Below, piece by piece: positions 41,052 to 52,247 of a DNA stretch of 64,000 nt. The stretch covers positions 704,001-768,000 of the forward strand of contig OY969559.1 in the NCBI GenBank assembly GCA_963701075.1, written 5' to 3'. The notes under the pieces are model-generated. The model was not told the origin of the DNA. It ran no database searches and worked only from the letters and a program-made list of their open reading frames with translations. Within the stretch, counting starts at the first letter, position 1. Each line of letters begins with the position of its first letter. Made by a program: the position numbers and the translations under genes. Source of the DNA: an uncultured Nitrososphaerota archaeon (GTDB lineage: Archaea; Thermoproteota; Nitrososphaeria; Nitrososphaerales; Nitrosopumilaceae).

Positions 41052-41507
41052 CTACTGTGATGATGGTTTTAGATAGTTTGCATCTACAGTTACTGGTAGC
41101 TGATAAGGTGCATCAAGCAAAATTACTGTTGCTTCCTCCTTGTCGTGATCAATTCTGGTTACTGTGGCTTTCATACCTTTGAAAGGACCGCCAATTATCT
41201 CAACTATTTGATCAACTGAAAGTTCTGACACTGTAGACTTCTTAACGAGATATCCCTCGATGTCCTTGAATTGTAGTTCTCCTCTAAGCTGACCTCTTAT
41301 GTGCCTCATTCCTTGCAAGGCATCAAACGCAGCGTTTGCATCAATTGCTTCTAGTACAACATATCCCTTTAGGTTCTCTAATAGCAAAACAGATTGTATG
41401 TTTAGCTTCTTTAGTTTGATTCGGTTATCCAAGAGGCCAAGTACTACCTTTTCCTGACCCCCGGTGGTCCTGACTGCAAAAAAGTGAGATTTTATTTCTT
41501 GCGTCAA
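41052..41507 (-). CDS. spt5: Transcription elongation factor Spt5/NusG
   Basis: AVRTTGGQE; KOW motif VEIIGGPFKG. Confidence 0.95.
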   Translation of the reverse strand: MTQEIKSHFFAVRTTGGQEKVVLGLLDNRIKLKKLNIQSVLLLENLKGYVVLEAIDANAAFDALQGMRHIRGQLRGELQFKDIEGYLVKKSTVSELSVDQIVEIIGGPFKGMKATVTRIDHDKEEATVILLDAPYQLPVTVDANYLKPSSQ

Positions 41508-41510
41508 TTC

Positions 41511-41690
41511 TTATCTATGTCCTAAGTTGATTACTGCAAATGTAAACTGTATTACAAAACCAATGCCGCCGATACCAGCTATGCCTAGAAGCACTAATCG
41601 TAAATGTTGCATATAGTCGTCTTTATCTGATTTTCTGGCAAGCTTAATGGTGTTTGCCATGTCCTTCAACATTTGTTTTGCGTTAACCAA
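41511..41690 (-). CDS. secE: Protein translocase SecE (Sec61 gamma)
   Basis: Read by hand: …KLARKSDKDDY…GIAGIGGIGFVIQ; upstream of spt5. Confidence 0.88.
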   Translation of the reverse strand: MVNAKQMLKDMANTIKLARKSDKDDYMQHLRLVLLGIAGIGGIGFVIQFTFAVINLGHR

Positions 41691-41729
41691 TGAAGGAAGT
41701 TAATAAAGTGTCCTTATAATTCTTATTTT

Positions 41730-42506
41730 ATGCAGTTACTCGTAGCATACCAATCCGATCCTGCTGGCTCTAACATGGCATCTTACATAATGCAAGATAT
41801 GCAAAAACAAAGAGACATCTACCGTGGAAAAAATTTTGATCTCGTTGTAATTTCTACACCTGCAATATCTGCTGATTGGATTGAAGAAAAGTATCCATAT
41901 GACAGTTATGTGTTTCTATCAAAGCACGCCTCTGAAAGTGGCACTCTTGCACTTACTTGTCATAGCACTGGAAATTTTTCTGACGCACAATTTGGTGGCT
42001 TTCCTCGGCAAATAGCAATACCTCATCCCCATCTTCAAAAGTCATACATGAAACATTTGTGGACGAAAAGAAACAATTTCTCGAAATTTGAGATTACCAT
42101 TGAGGCCACTCATCACGGACCAACTGCTTTGAATAAACCGACTCTGTTCATTGAAATTGGCACCACGCAAAAGGAGTGGAACGACAAGAAGCTCTGTGAA
42201 AACGTGGCTAAAATAATAGTGGAAGAAGTCTGCAAAGAACCAGAAAAACACAAAGTCGCAATATGTTTTGGTGGTACACATTACCCCAAGAAATTCAACA
42301 AAGAATTGATTGAAGGTGAATTTGCTCTTGGCACTGTTGTGCCAAAACACGCATTAGATAATCTGGATGGTGTCCTTTTTTCTCACATATTGGACCGAAA
42401 TAAAGAAGCCAAGTATGCACTTGTTGATTGGAGAGGCCTTGGCAAAAATAAACAAAAGGTAGTCAATCTTATACAAACCACTGATCTAGAGATGATAAAA
42501 ATTTGA
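41730..42506 (+). CDS. dtdA: D-aminoacyl-tRNA deacylase (DTD2)
   Basis: SKHAS, TCHSTGN, EATHHGPT, FGGTHY motifs. Confidence 0.92.
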   Translation: MQLLVAYQSDPAGSNMASYIMQDMQKQRDIYRGKNFDLVVISTPAISADWIEEKYPYDSYVFLSKHASESGTLALTCHSTGNFSDAQFGGFPRQIAIPHPHLQKSYMKHLWTKRNNFSKFEITIEATHHGPTALNKPTLFIEIGTTQKEWNDKKLCENVAKIIVEEVCKEPEKHKVAICFGGTHYPKKFNKELIEGEFALGTVVPKHALDNLDGVLFSHILDRNKEAKYALVDWRGLGKNKQKVVNLIQTTDLEMIKI

Positions 42507-42799
42507 ATCTGGAGGAAAAAGTCTACAAGAAATTAATGGAAGTTCCAAAAGGTCAAGTTACAACATATGGTGAACTTGCAAAGGCCGTTGGACTAAAAAA
42601 TGGCCAAAGGCTAATTGGAAGAATCATGAACAAGAATCCATATCCTGTGATAGTTCCATGTCATAGGGTTATCATGTCAAGCGGAAAAGTAGGGGGATAT
42701 GCGTGGGGTGAGAAAATTAAGACTAACATGCTTACAAAAGAAGGGATTAAAATCAAGGATGGAAAAATTGATGATCCTAAAATAATTCACAGGTTTTAA
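42503..42799 (+). CDS. ogt: MGMT-family methylated-DNA cysteine methyltransferase
   Basis: NPYPVIVPCHRV active site. Confidence 0.9.
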   Translation: MNLEEKVYKKLMEVPKGQVTTYGELAKAVGLKNGQRLIGRIMNKNPYPVIVPCHRVIMSSGKVGGYAWGEKIKTNMLTKEGIKIKDGKIDDPKIIHRF

Positions 42800-42801
42800 T
42801 C

Positions 42802-43251
42802 TTATTTCTTAGAACGAACTTCTTCTATCAAGCTTCTCAAGTGAGCAAGGTTTCTTACCTGATTTCCATTTACTTGTTTGTATAATTTCCAGTGAGATTC
42901 ATTTGAGATTTCCTTTCTTGCCTTTGATACTTTTAGCTGGTGACGCATTGCTCTGATCCTCTTGACGTATACTTCCTTCTTTCCAACTCTTGCACCCCTG
43001 CTACCTTTTCTTGATCCATGTTTGGTGCCACGCTTCTTTCGTTGAGCTTTTTTAAAGTGAGCCCTTCCTTTAGAAGTACCCTTGATTGGTCTTATCTCTA
43101 TCACATTTGCAGTTATCAAACTTCGTATATTGTCGCGAGTGATGGCATCTGCAACATCATCCAGATAAGTTGGATCAAACTTTACTCTATCAACACCCAC
43201 TCCAAGAATTCTGGAGACTAGCTGTCGCTTTGTTCTAAGATTTACTACCAC
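42802..43251 (-). CDS. rpl19e: Ribosomal protein L19e
   Basis: AITRDNIRSLI…GSRKG…GAR. Confidence 0.95.
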   Translation of the reverse strand: MVVNLRTKRQLVSRILGVGVDRVKFDPTYLDDVADAITRDNIRSLITANVIEIRPIKGTSKGRAHFKKAQRKKRGTKHGSRKGSRGARVGKKEVYVKRIRAMRHQLKVSKARKEISNESHWKLYKQVNGNQVRNLAHLRSLIEEVRSKK

Positions 43252-43636
43252 TTGTTGACACTCTCGCGTTGAAAACCTTGAAGTTCATCTCTTTTGCCTT
43301 GACGATGATCTCAAGTCTCTTCTTTCGTCCTACACCATGGGCAAATCTAACACCGTCAGTTTTAGGATCAAGTTTTTCTAAATCTTTCAAGTTATGAACT
43401 AAATTATCAGTATAGCCGGATGGATGAAGTCCTCTTGCGATCCTAGGTCCACCATAACCTATCTTTACAAGGGATGGCCAGCCTTTCTTTTGTTTTCGTT
43501 GATGATTATCCATTCCCTTTGGCTTTCTCCATGAAACAGCAAGTCTTGCATATCTCCAACTTTCCTGTCTGACAAAGTTAGGCTTGTTCTGCGTTACTTT
43601 TTTCCTAAGTTCTAAAGCTTCTTTATTGATCGGCAT
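43235..43636 (-). CDS. rpl32e: Ribosomal protein L32e
   Basis: WRKPKGMDN…RGLHPSG. Confidence 0.95.
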   Translation of the reverse strand: MPINKEALELRKKVTQNKPNFVRQESWRYARLAVSWRKPKGMDNHQRKQKKGWPSLVKIGYGGPRIARGLHPSGYTDNLVHNLKDLEKLDPKTDGVRFAHGVGRKKRLEIIVKAKEMNFKVFNARVSTSGSKS

Positions 43637-43736
43637 GTAAAGGTCTCTGCCTGAATTTTACAATAAATACGTTTCTTGATGGGACATACGTGATCCGAAG
43701 AGATAATAAGGAAATTCCAACGAACCGGTTTATCCA

Positions 43737-45341
43737 ATGATTGAGGATTTGGAGCCGGCCATTACTCGTCTACTAGTATCTCAGTTGGAACAAATTGGTA
43801 TCAAACCAAGAAAGATACACAGAAACTTACAAGTCAAGAATCTAGTGGATCTTATTGCGGAAAAAAATGAAGGACTTTTGACTGCAAATAGCGCAATATC
43901 TGTTAAAACTGGCAAATATACTGGACGATCTCCCGATGATAGATTTATTGTCGATGACGAACAAACTCACAATACTGTAGACTGGGGAAAGATAAACCAC
44001 CCGTTTCCAGAAGATAAATTTGACAAACTTTTAGAGAAGATGAAAAAACATCTAGAAGACAAGGAGATATTTGTTTTTGATGGATTTGTAGGGGCAGATC
44101 CAGAACACAGATTACCAATTAGAATCATAACCGATCACGCTTGGCAAAACTTGTTTGTAAGGCAGTTATTCATAAGACCATCGGCAGCAGAACTTGAATC
44201 TCATAAACCAGAATATGTCCTTCTCTCAATAAATGACTTCAAATCTATTCCTGAAGTTGATGGTACTAGGACAGACGTCTTCATCATACTCAACTATACA
44301 AAAAAAATCGTGCTCATTGGCGGTACTTCGTATGCAGGAGAGATAAAGAAAGCAATGTTCTCTGTTATGAATTACGCTCTTCCACAAAAAGGAGTCTTTC
44401 CAATGCACTGTTCTGCTAACATAGGAAAGAATGGCGACACTGCCTTATTCTTTGGACTTTCTGGTACTGGAAAGACAACACTGTCTGCCGATTCAAATAG
44501 GATGTTAATAGGAGATGACGAGCATGGTTGGTCTGACAGAGGCGTGTTCAATTTTGAAGGTGGTTGTTATGCCAAGTGCATTAATCTCAATAGGGAAGCT
44601 GAGCCACAAATTTGGGATGCAATAAGATCTGGAACTGTATTGGAAAATGTAGTAATCGACAAGAAAACAATGATGCCCAACTTCAATGATGGCAGCTTGA
44701 CAGAAAACACACGAGCCGCATATCCACTTGACTATATCCCAGGTGCAGTAATTCCAAGCTTAGGTGGGAATCCAAAAGTCATCATCTTTCTTACAGCTGA
44801 TGCATTTGGGGTGATGTCTCCAATTGCAAGATTGACAAAAGAAGGAGCAATGTATCATTTTATGTCAGGTTACACAAGTAAACTTGCTGGCACTGAGAGA
44901 GGAATCACAGAACCCAAAGCCACATTTTCAGAATGTTTTGGTGCACCATTCATGTCACGACATGCATCTGTTTACGCAAAGCTTCTAGGGGAGAAGATCA
45001 CTGAACACAAGACTGTCGTATATCTTGTCAACACAGGATGGTCAGGTGGCCCATATGGTATAGGAAAGAGAATGAACATCAGCCATACAAGAAGAATGGT
45101 TACTGCAGCGTTGACAGGCGAACTTGATGCTGTAAAGTACAGACATGATGATATATTCAACCTAGACATACCTGACGAATGTCCTGGTGTACCGTCAGAG
45201 GTATTGAATCCTCGTAATACTTGGTCCGAGAAGGATGCATATGATATCTCTGCAAAGAAACTAGCTCAAATGTTTGTAGAAAACTTTAGAAAATTTGGGA
45301 ATGTTTCAAAGGAAATAGTGGACGCAGGACCCAGAGTCTAA
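43737..45341 (+). CDS. pckA: Phosphoenolpyruvate carboxykinase (ATP)
   Basis: GLSGTGKTTLS, IGDDEHGW, EGGCYAK. Confidence 0.97.
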   Translation: MIEDLEPAITRLLVSQLEQIGIKPRKIHRNLQVKNLVDLIAEKNEGLLTANSAISVKTGKYTGRSPDDRFIVDDEQTHNTVDWGKINHPFPEDKFDKLLEKMKKHLEDKEIFVFDGFVGADPEHRLPIRIITDHAWQNLFVRQLFIRPSAAELESHKPEYVLLSINDFKSIPEVDGTRTDVFIILNYTKKIVLIGGTSYAGEIKKAMFSVMNYALPQKGVFPMHCSANIGKNGDTALFFGLSGTGKTTLSADSNRMLIGDDEHGWSDRGVFNFEGGCYAKCINLNREAEPQIWDAIRSGTVLENVVIDKKTMMPNFNDGSLTENTRAAYPLDYIPGAVIPSLGGNPKVIIFLTADAFGVMSPIARLTKEGAMYHFMSGYTSKLAGTERGITEPKATFSECFGAPFMSRHASVYAKLLGEKITEHKTVVYLVNTGWSGGPYGIGKRMNISHTRRMVTAALTGELDAVKYRHDDIFNLDIPDECPGVPSEVLNPRNTWSEKDAYDISAKKLAQMFVENFRKFGNVSKEIVDAGPRV

Positions 45342-45343
45342 TT

Positions 45344-47383
45344 TTATCTACGTCTAAAGACCAAACCTATTGTAATGATTATTATTATAATTCCTGAAAT
45401 TATTGCTACTTGCTTTGCAGGAATTCCTATGATATACTGCAGGTCGAAGATGTTCTTTTGTGCAACTTCATTGATAAGTATGGTTTGATATGCCTCATCT
45501 GTTTCATTTGAACTCTTAATCTGGGCCAAGATCCAATATTGACCTTTTTCATACACAGGAAGAGAACTTGTCTCTTGAGGCGTGACCGAAGTGCTGGTGA
45601 TTTCATCTGTACCTGCCTTTATCAAGGAAATTTTTGCATAAGACCATTGGTCAGGATAATCAATTGAAAAGTGTAGAGTTCCATTGCTTTGGTCTACTAG
45701 GAGTGTCCCCTTTGTCATATGAATCACAACAGGAATACGGTAACTTGTCTTGACATCTTTTAGAATGAGAAATCCATCGTAATCTCCTTCACTTTTAACG
45801 GTATCAGAAATTTTGACATTCAAAGTATCATTAGATTGAGAATAATCCGAGCCCAAACTAGTTTCATTGGATGAGAAATTTGCATCCAGATGAGGTATGA
45901 TGGAACCATCAAGGGTTCTCAGATGTAGCATTTTTGTCTGAGATTGATTGTCAAAAGATAGATTGAAAACTAGACTGTGCGGTGATATTATTAAATTCGA
46001 TTCTAGTGCTCTAGTGATGTTCAGTCTTCCACTTCCAACGGCCGAAACGGGAAAAAGCTTACCATATGCATCAGTAACTGGATCCGTTGTCGTAACAAGT
46101 AGTGATGCAACATCTGACGGAGATAACCCGGGATACTTCTGTAAGATAATTGCAGCAGCCCCAGCAACATGAGGGGCGGCAAAGCTTGTACCGCTTGTTA
46201 GATTGTACTTTCCTCCAAGAGTTGTAGAATTCACAAAGACGCCGGGTGCAACAAGATCTGGCTTTATGTAAAAAGGCGATACTGGCCCTTGTGAGCTAAA
46301 AGGAGCAATGAAATCTGGATGATAAAACATATCCAAACTTCCTGTTGTATTCGAAGTCAGCATGGACTTGAGTGCAACTCCATCTTCCTGTGACAGTGAG
46401 ATTACGGGTATTCTTGGTGTATACCCCGCAGTTTTATTTGGTCCTACAAGTTCGCCAAAAAATATTCCAGTCTCATTGTTAAATATAACCAATGCTTTCG
46501 CACCCAAGTCTGCGGCGTTTTTCTCCTTTTCAGAAAAATAGACTTTTTGTCCTTTCACATCGCTTCCTCTTTCTTCAAGAAGTATGGTTCCTTTGATATC
46601 TAAATTTTGAAGATCTTGGAGTCTTCCATATCCACCATAAACTATCTTGCCTACTATGGGGCTTGACATATCCTGGACTCCTACCATTGGAAGAACTTGA
46701 TATTGTTTTTTGCCTACCTCAAAAGTTGCCACTAGACTAGATGTCAAGTTGTTGTATGATGCACCAACTGTAATTGCGTTGATATCTTTACCAGGACTAC
46801 CAATGGTATCTTCTTGTGGACCGTTATTTCCTGCAGCCACAACTATGACAATTCCTTTCTTTACGGCCTCATCAATTGCGTCATCGATTTGGTCATTTGT
46901 TCTATTGATTCCCAAACTGATGTTTACGACATTGACCCCATCTTGTATCGCCTGTTGAATAGCTTCGACTATGTAGTCTGATGACACTGCTTCGCCAGTT
47001 GACGAGACTTTGTATGAAAATAATTTTGACTTGGGCACGATTCCGGTAAAATTACCATCGGCTGCAATAATGCCTGCTACCTCTGTTCCATGACCGTTAG
47101 TATCTATGGGGCTCTGGCTTGGGTCGACATAATCGTACCCTCCAATCACCTTTCCAGATGAGCCATAACCTAAAAGATCAGGATGATTGTAGTCTATTCC
47201 TGTATCTATAATTCCAATCTTGATTCCTTGGCCCTCAAGACCGTCTAACCTAGCTGCTTTGACACCGACAAGCTCTATGCTTTTTTGTAAATTGTTTGAA
47301 ATTTCCTGTTCGTTTGATTCTGATAAAAACAGAAACATACAGAAAATTAAAAGGACTGAAAAAATCAGTAATCGGTTAATCAC
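45344..47383 (-). CDS. Membrane-anchored S8 subtilase with PA domain
   Basis: IDTG, HGTEVAG, SGTSFAAPHVAG catalytic motifs; C-terminal TM. Confidence 0.92.
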   Translation of the reverse strand: MINRLLIFSVLLIFCMFLFLSESNEQEISNNLQKSIELVGVKAARLDGLEGQGIKIGIIDTGIDYNHPDLLGYGSSGKVIGGYDYVDPSQSPIDTNGHGTEVAGIIAADGNFTGIVPKSKLFSYKVSSTGEAVSSDYIVEAIQQAIQDGVNVVNISLGINRTNDQIDDAIDEAVKKGIVIVVAAGNNGPQEDTIGSPGKDINAITVGASYNNLTSSLVATFEVGKKQYQVLPMVGVQDMSSPIVGKIVYGGYGRLQDLQNLDIKGTILLEERGSDVKGQKVYFSEKEKNAADLGAKALVIFNNETGIFFGELVGPNKTAGYTPRIPVISLSQEDGVALKSMLTSNTTGSLDMFYHPDFIAPFSSQGPVSPFYIKPDLVAPGVFVNSTTLGGKYNLTSGTSFAAPHVAGAAAIILQKYPGLSPSDVASLLVTTTDPVTDAYGKLFPVSAVGSGRLNITRALESNLIISPHSLVFNLSFDNQSQTKMLHLRTLDGSIIPHLDANFSSNETSLGSDYSQSNDTLNVKISDTVKSEGDYDGFLILKDVKTSYRIPVVIHMTKGTLLVDQSNGTLHFSIDYPDQWSYAKISLIKAGTDEITSTSVTPQETSSLPVYEKGQYWILAQIKSSNETDEAYQTILINEVAQKNIFDLQYIIGIPAKQVAIISGIIIIIITIGLVFRRR

Positions 47384-47459
47384 AAATTATCTGAAATTTG
47401 ACTAGATAAAATGCATTTGCAACCAAAGCCATAAATGGCAAGAACTAGGTGGGGTTATC

Positions 47460-48083
47460 ATGGCAAAATACGAACTTCCAAAGTTACCATACGCGTACGA
47501 TGCATTAGAGCCACACATTGATGCCAAGACAATGGAAATTCATCATTCAAAACATCATCAAGCATATACTGACGGCTTGAACAAAGCTTTGGAGACTCTA
47601 AGTTCTGAACTACAAAACATGGAGTTATCCAATTTACTTGCAAGCTTGGACAAAGTTCCAGAAAGCACAAGGAGCGCCGTGAATTTTCATGGAGGAGGAT
47701 ATGAGAATCACTCATTGTTCTGGAACCATATGAAATCAAACGGTGGCGGAAAACCAGGTGGAAGCTTGGGTGACGCAATTAACGCAGCATTTGGCAGCTT
47801 TGATAACTTCAAAGAGAAATTCACAAAAGACACAATCGCCATTCAAGGAAGCGGTTGGGGCTGGTTAGCATACAACACACAAAATAAAAAAGTTGAATTC
47901 ACTACAATGCCAAATCAGACTAGTCCTAGAACCAAGGGTTTGATTCCATTATTGGGATTGGATGTTTGGGAACATGCGTACTACCTAAAATACCAAAATC
48001 GCAGGGCCGATTACGTTGGTGCATGGTGGAACGTCGTAAACTGGGATGAAGTAGACAAGAGACTATCAAAGGCAAAAGCATAA
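47460..48083 (+). CDS. sod: Fe/Mn superoxide dismutase
   Basis: HHSKHH and DVWEHAYY. Confidence 0.97.
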   Translation: MAKYELPKLPYAYDALEPHIDAKTMEIHHSKHHQAYTDGLNKALETLSSELQNMELSNLLASLDKVPESTRSAVNFHGGGYENHSLFWNHMKSNGGGKPGGSLGDAINAAFGSFDNFKEKFTKDTIAIQGSGWGWLAYNTQNKKVEFTTMPNQTSPRTKGLIPLLGLDVWEHAYYLKYQNRRADYVGAWWNVVNWDEVDKRLSKAKA

Positions 48084-48209
48084 CTCCTTCTTCTTTTTGT
48101 TTCTATTGCATTATTTTTCAATCTCTGTCAAGTTGTTAAGGACATATCAAGAATTTTTCTGTCAAAGTTTCAGAATGCATTTATAGGTGGATAAGAGAAT
48201 TTTTTGTAA

Positions 48210-48632
48210 ATGAGTGAAGAGCAAGCTCAGACTCTGTTGCAACAATTACAAGCGCTTGAAGGATACTTGGCAGATTTGATGCAGAAAGAAGAATCTGTAA
48301 TGAGACTTTTACAAGAAGCAGTAAGCGCTATAGAATCAATGAAAACAATAGGTGCTGATACATCTCATGAAGCCCTTGTGCCTGTAGGTATGGGGGCTTT
48401 TGTAAAAGCGACAATAGAACCGAACCAAAAAATAATTGTCAATATAGGAGCAGGAGCTTCAATTGAACAAGACAAGGATTCAGCAATTAACTATATGGAA
48501 TCTAGGATTAAAGAATTGGAAATTGTACTTCAACAATTGGCAGCTCAGAGACAAGAAGTATCCTTTAGACTTGAACAAGGTCAACAGGAAATGAACAAAC
48601 TTATACAATCAAGTCGCGGTTCTACGCAGTAA
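48210..48632 (+). CDS. pfdA: Prefoldin alpha subunit
   Basis: LVPVGMGAFV…NIGAG hairpins between coiled coils; upstream of ftsY. Confidence 0.93.
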   Translation: MSEEQAQTLLQQLQALEGYLADLMQKEESVMRLLQEAVSAIESMKTIGADTSHEALVPVGMGAFVKATIEPNQKIIVNIGAGASIEQDKDSAINYMESRIKELEIVLQQLAAQRQEVSFRLEQGQQEMNKLIQSSRGSTQ

Positions 48633-48643
48633 GGAAATCTATC

Positions 48644-50169
48644 ATGTTTGATAAACTACGAAACGCGTTTTCTTCAGCAGTCAAAAGCTTTGGAGAAAAA
48701 GAACTAAAGGAAAAAGATGTCGATGAGGTTCTGTTTGAACTTGAGATAGACTTTGTTAGAATCTGATGTGGCAACAGAAGTAATAGATTTACTAAAATCT
48801 GATTTGAAAAAACGAGCTAATTGGCACTACAGTACAAAAAGATACAATAGCAGAATTTGTGAAACAAAATCTGAGGCAAAGTATTTCAAACATGTTTGAC
48901 GCAGCGGGAAAAATTGACATCTTATCTAATATACAAATGAAGAAGGAAAAGGGAGAACCATACATTATTTCATTCATGGGAATCAATGGAACGGGAAAAA
49001 CTACTACTATAGCGAAATTTGCTAATCTTTTACGCGAAAATAAATTGTCATCTGTAATTGCAGCAGCAGATACATACAGAGCAGGAGCAATTGAACAGAT
49101 AAGCGAACATGGTAAGCGATTAAACATAAAGGTCATCGCACAGAATTATGGCTCTGATCCTGCCGCAGTTTCGCGTGACGCTGTACTATATGCCAAATCT
49201 CACAAGGTAGATTGCGTATTAATCGATACTGCAGGAAGGATGCAGACAAGCAAGAACCTTATGGATCAAATATCAAAAATCAACAAAGTAGTAAACCCAG
49301 ATCTGAAATTATTCGTTGGTGATTCATTGGCAGGAAATGATACAGTCAGCCAAGCAAGAGAATTTCATAATTATACCAAATTTGACGGAGCGATTCTTAC
49401 CAAAAGCGATGCAGATGCACGTGGAGGTGCAGCTATATCTATAGTAAAAATAACATCAAGCCCAATTCTCTACTTGGGAGTCGGTCAAGAATACAAAGAC
49501 TTGAAACCATTTAACAAGGATTCATTTTTAGAATCCTTGTTTGGACCTCAAGAATCGTTGCCTATGATGCAAACCCTGCAGAAAGAGAAACCTCAACAAC
49601 AAACAGAACAAAAAGAAATTATTGTTGAAGAAAAGGTAAATGTGGTAAACAAACAACAAGAACCCAAAGTTGAGATTAAAGCGATAAAACCAGAAATTGT
49701 ACAAACAAAATCAGCGCCATCTGTGGAAAAAATTCAAATCAGCGCTGAAAAAGAAATTACACCTGAACAAGAATCATCCAAAAAATCGTTCAAATTCTTT
49801 GGAGACCAAAAACCTGAACCAAAAGTGGAATCAAAACCTGAACCAGAGATCAAACAAGAAATAAAGAAAGAGGTAGAGATGAAACCAACAGAAGAAATTT
49901 CAAATGAAGACGAAGATCCTTTTACGGGGGTAACAACAAAGGATATTGAAAAATATTCTGCATTATTTGATGTTCCTCCACCTGAAAGTGATGACGAGGC
50001 AAGAAAACTTGCCTCTAAAATACGAAAATGGATTTCTGACGGTAGACCAAAACCCACAAAAGATAAAGATGTTATTGAAGAGAAAACCAGTGAAAAAGAA
50101 GATGCTGAGATATCTAAAGATGAAAAGTCAAAGAAGAAACGTTCCATGTTTGGATGGATGAAGAAATGA
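48644..50169 (+). CDS. ftsY: SRP receptor FtsY, frameshifts in 48740-48830, long C-terminal extension
   Basis: MFDKLRNAFS start at 48644; GINGTGKTT, DTAGR, TKSDADARGG. Confidence 0.92.
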
Positions 50170-51080
50170 AATTAAAAACAAAAGACCTGTTAACATTAAA
50201 TGAACTTGGCAAAGCCGAACTTGTTGAAATCATTGATAATGCAATAAAGATGAAGAAGGATTTGAAAAAGGGAATTTCTAAACCTCTTCTCCAAAATAAA
50301 ACACTTGCAATGATCTTTCAAAAACCGTCTACAAGGACACGAGTAAGCTTTGAAACTGGAATGTTTCAACTAGGAGGACACGCATTAAATCTCTCTGCAG
50401 ATGATTTACAACTAAAAAGGGGAGAAACCATAGAAGATACAGCAAAAACGCTTTCGAGATATGTAGATCTGATAATGGCAAGAGTTTATTCTCATGATGA
50501 ATTAGAACTACTTGCAAAGAATTCTTCCATTCCTGTAATGAATGGCCTTTCTGATTCTTTTCATCCATGTCAAACACTTGCAGATCTTATGACAATCAAA
50601 GAAAAGAAGAAAAAATTGGCTGGCCTTAAGCTGGCATGGATAGGTGACGGCAATAACGTATGTAATTCAATGATATATGGTTGTGCAAAGACTGGTATTG
50701 AAATTAGTATAGCAACTCCAAAAGGATATGAACCTAATCTGAATGTCGTAAAAGAATCTAGCAAACTAATTGATGTGAAATTATCAAACCATCCAGAGAC
50801 TGCTGTGCGGGGTGCAGATGTTGTAGTGACAGACACCTTTGTCTCGATACATCATCAAACTACCGATAGGACGAATGATTTTCTTCCACGTTTCCAAGTA
50901 AATTCAGCTTTGATGAAAAAAGCCAGCCCGTCTGCAATTTTCATGCATTGTTTGCCTGCTAAACGAGGTCAGGAAGTTACAAGTGAAGTGATCGATGGAC
51001 ACCAGTCAGTAATATGGGATGAAGCTGAAAATAGACTTCATGCTCAAAAGGCGCTTATGGTAGCCCTGTTGCGAGTCTAA
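50166..51080 (+). CDS. argF: Ornithine carbamoyltransferase
   Basis: STRT, HPCQ, HCLP motifs. Confidence 0.96.
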   Translation: MKLKTKDLLTLNELGKAELVEIIDNAIKMKKDLKKGISKPLLQNKTLAMIFQKPSTRTRVSFETGMFQLGGHALNLSADDLQLKRGETIEDTAKTLSRYVDLIMARVYSHDELELLAKNSSIPVMNGLSDSFHPCQTLADLMTIKEKKKKLAGLKLAWIGDGNNVCNSMIYGCAKTGIEISIATPKGYEPNLNVVKESSKLIDVKLSNHPETAVRGADVVVTDTFVSIHHQTTDRTNDFLPRFQVNSALMKKASPSAIFMHCLPAKRGQEVTSEVIDGHQSVIWDEAENRLHAQKALMVALLRV

Positions 51081-51126
51081 CGTTTATAAGAGCTTCACCA
51101 AAATTTTTTGTAAATAGGTAGTATAG

Positions 51127-51615
51127 ATGAGATATTCACAAATATTACGTAGGTCTCGTGAAGAGAAAACCAACTATGGAAGAAGAAGAAATCTTCTCAT
51201 GGGTAGGAGAGACTTTATCACAGTTCAGATATCAAATCAGAATACACTTGTACAGATTCACAAGCCGGAACTATTAGGAGATAAAGTTCTGTCATCAGCT
51301 CATTCTAGATCCCTTTTGAAAAAAGGCTGGAAGGGTTCAAGAAAAAGTATACCGGCCGCATATTTGACAGGTTATCTTGCAGGTAAAAAAGCACTGGCTC
51401 ACGGTGTCAACAGTGCAGTTCTTTATGTCGGTACTAGACGATACACTCAGAGAATATCAGCAGCATTGAAAGGAATAATAGATGCTGGACTTGAGGTACC
51501 TGCAGATGAGGAAACTTTTCCTTCTGCAGATAGGATTACTGGAAAATATCTCAAAGTTGCAAATGAGATTGATAAGGTAAAATCCGCAATAGATAATGAG
51601 GTAAAGACCAAATGA
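51127..51615 (+). CDS. rpl18: Ribosomal protein L18
   Basis: KTNYGRR…PAAYLTGYLAG. Confidence 0.95.
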   Translation: MRYSQILRRSREEKTNYGRRRNLLMGRRDFITVQISNQNTLVQIHKPELLGDKVLSSAHSRSLLKKGWKGSRKSIPAAYLTGYLAGKKALAHGVNSAVLYVGTRRYTQRISAALKGIIDAGLEVPADEETFPSADRITGKYLKVANEIDKVKSAIDNEVKTK

Positions 51616-52241
51616 GCAGATCAGAGACAAGACAAAGATCTAGAGAACCCGAAGTGGAATGGGTACCAAGAACTACATTGGGAAAGCTAGTTGCTACTAA
51701 CAAGATTACTTCCATGAAAGAAATCTATGAAAATGGTTATAGAATTCAAGAATCAGGAATTATCAAGAAATTATTGCCCGGTATCAAAACGGAGGTCATA
51801 GACGTAGGCATAGTCCAAAAACAGACCACTAACGGAGAATATACAAGATTCAAGGCACTCGTAGCAGCAGGTGATGAAAACGGATGGCTTGGTATAGGAC
51901 AAGGAAAATCAAAACAAATGAGAATTGCTATTGAGAAAGCCACCAGTCAAGCTTTTCTTAACGTTAGTCCGGTGAAACTGGGCTGTGGAAGTTGGGAGTG
52001 CAGATGTGATCAGAAACATTCTGTACCTTTCAAAGTCAGAGGTAGAGGCGGAAGTGTGACGGTTGAAATTATTCCAGGACCTAGAGGACTTGGGTTAGTA
52101 GCAGGTGGCAATATTAAAAATCTGTTAAAACTTGCAGGTCTGAAAGATGCGTGGACAAAAAGCAAAGGATCCACAAATACAATGACCTCTACATCACGGG
52201 CAGTTTTGAATTGCTTGAGACAAACATTTAGTCAAGGTTGA
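51612..52241 (+). CDS. rps5: Ribosomal protein S5
   Basis: WVPRTTLG, GCGSWEC, PRGLGLV. Confidence 0.96.
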   Translation: MSRSETRQRSREPEVEWVPRTTLGKLVATNKITSMKEIYENGYRIQESGIIKKLLPGIKTEVIDVGIVQKQTTNGEYTRFKALVAAGDENGWLGIGQGKSKQMRIAIEKATSQAFLNVSPVKLGCGSWECRCDQKHSVPFKVRGRGGSVTVEIIPGPRGLGLVAGGNIKNLLKLAGLKDAWTKSKGSTNTMTSTSRAVLNCLRQTFSQG

Positions 52242-52247
52242 GTATAG

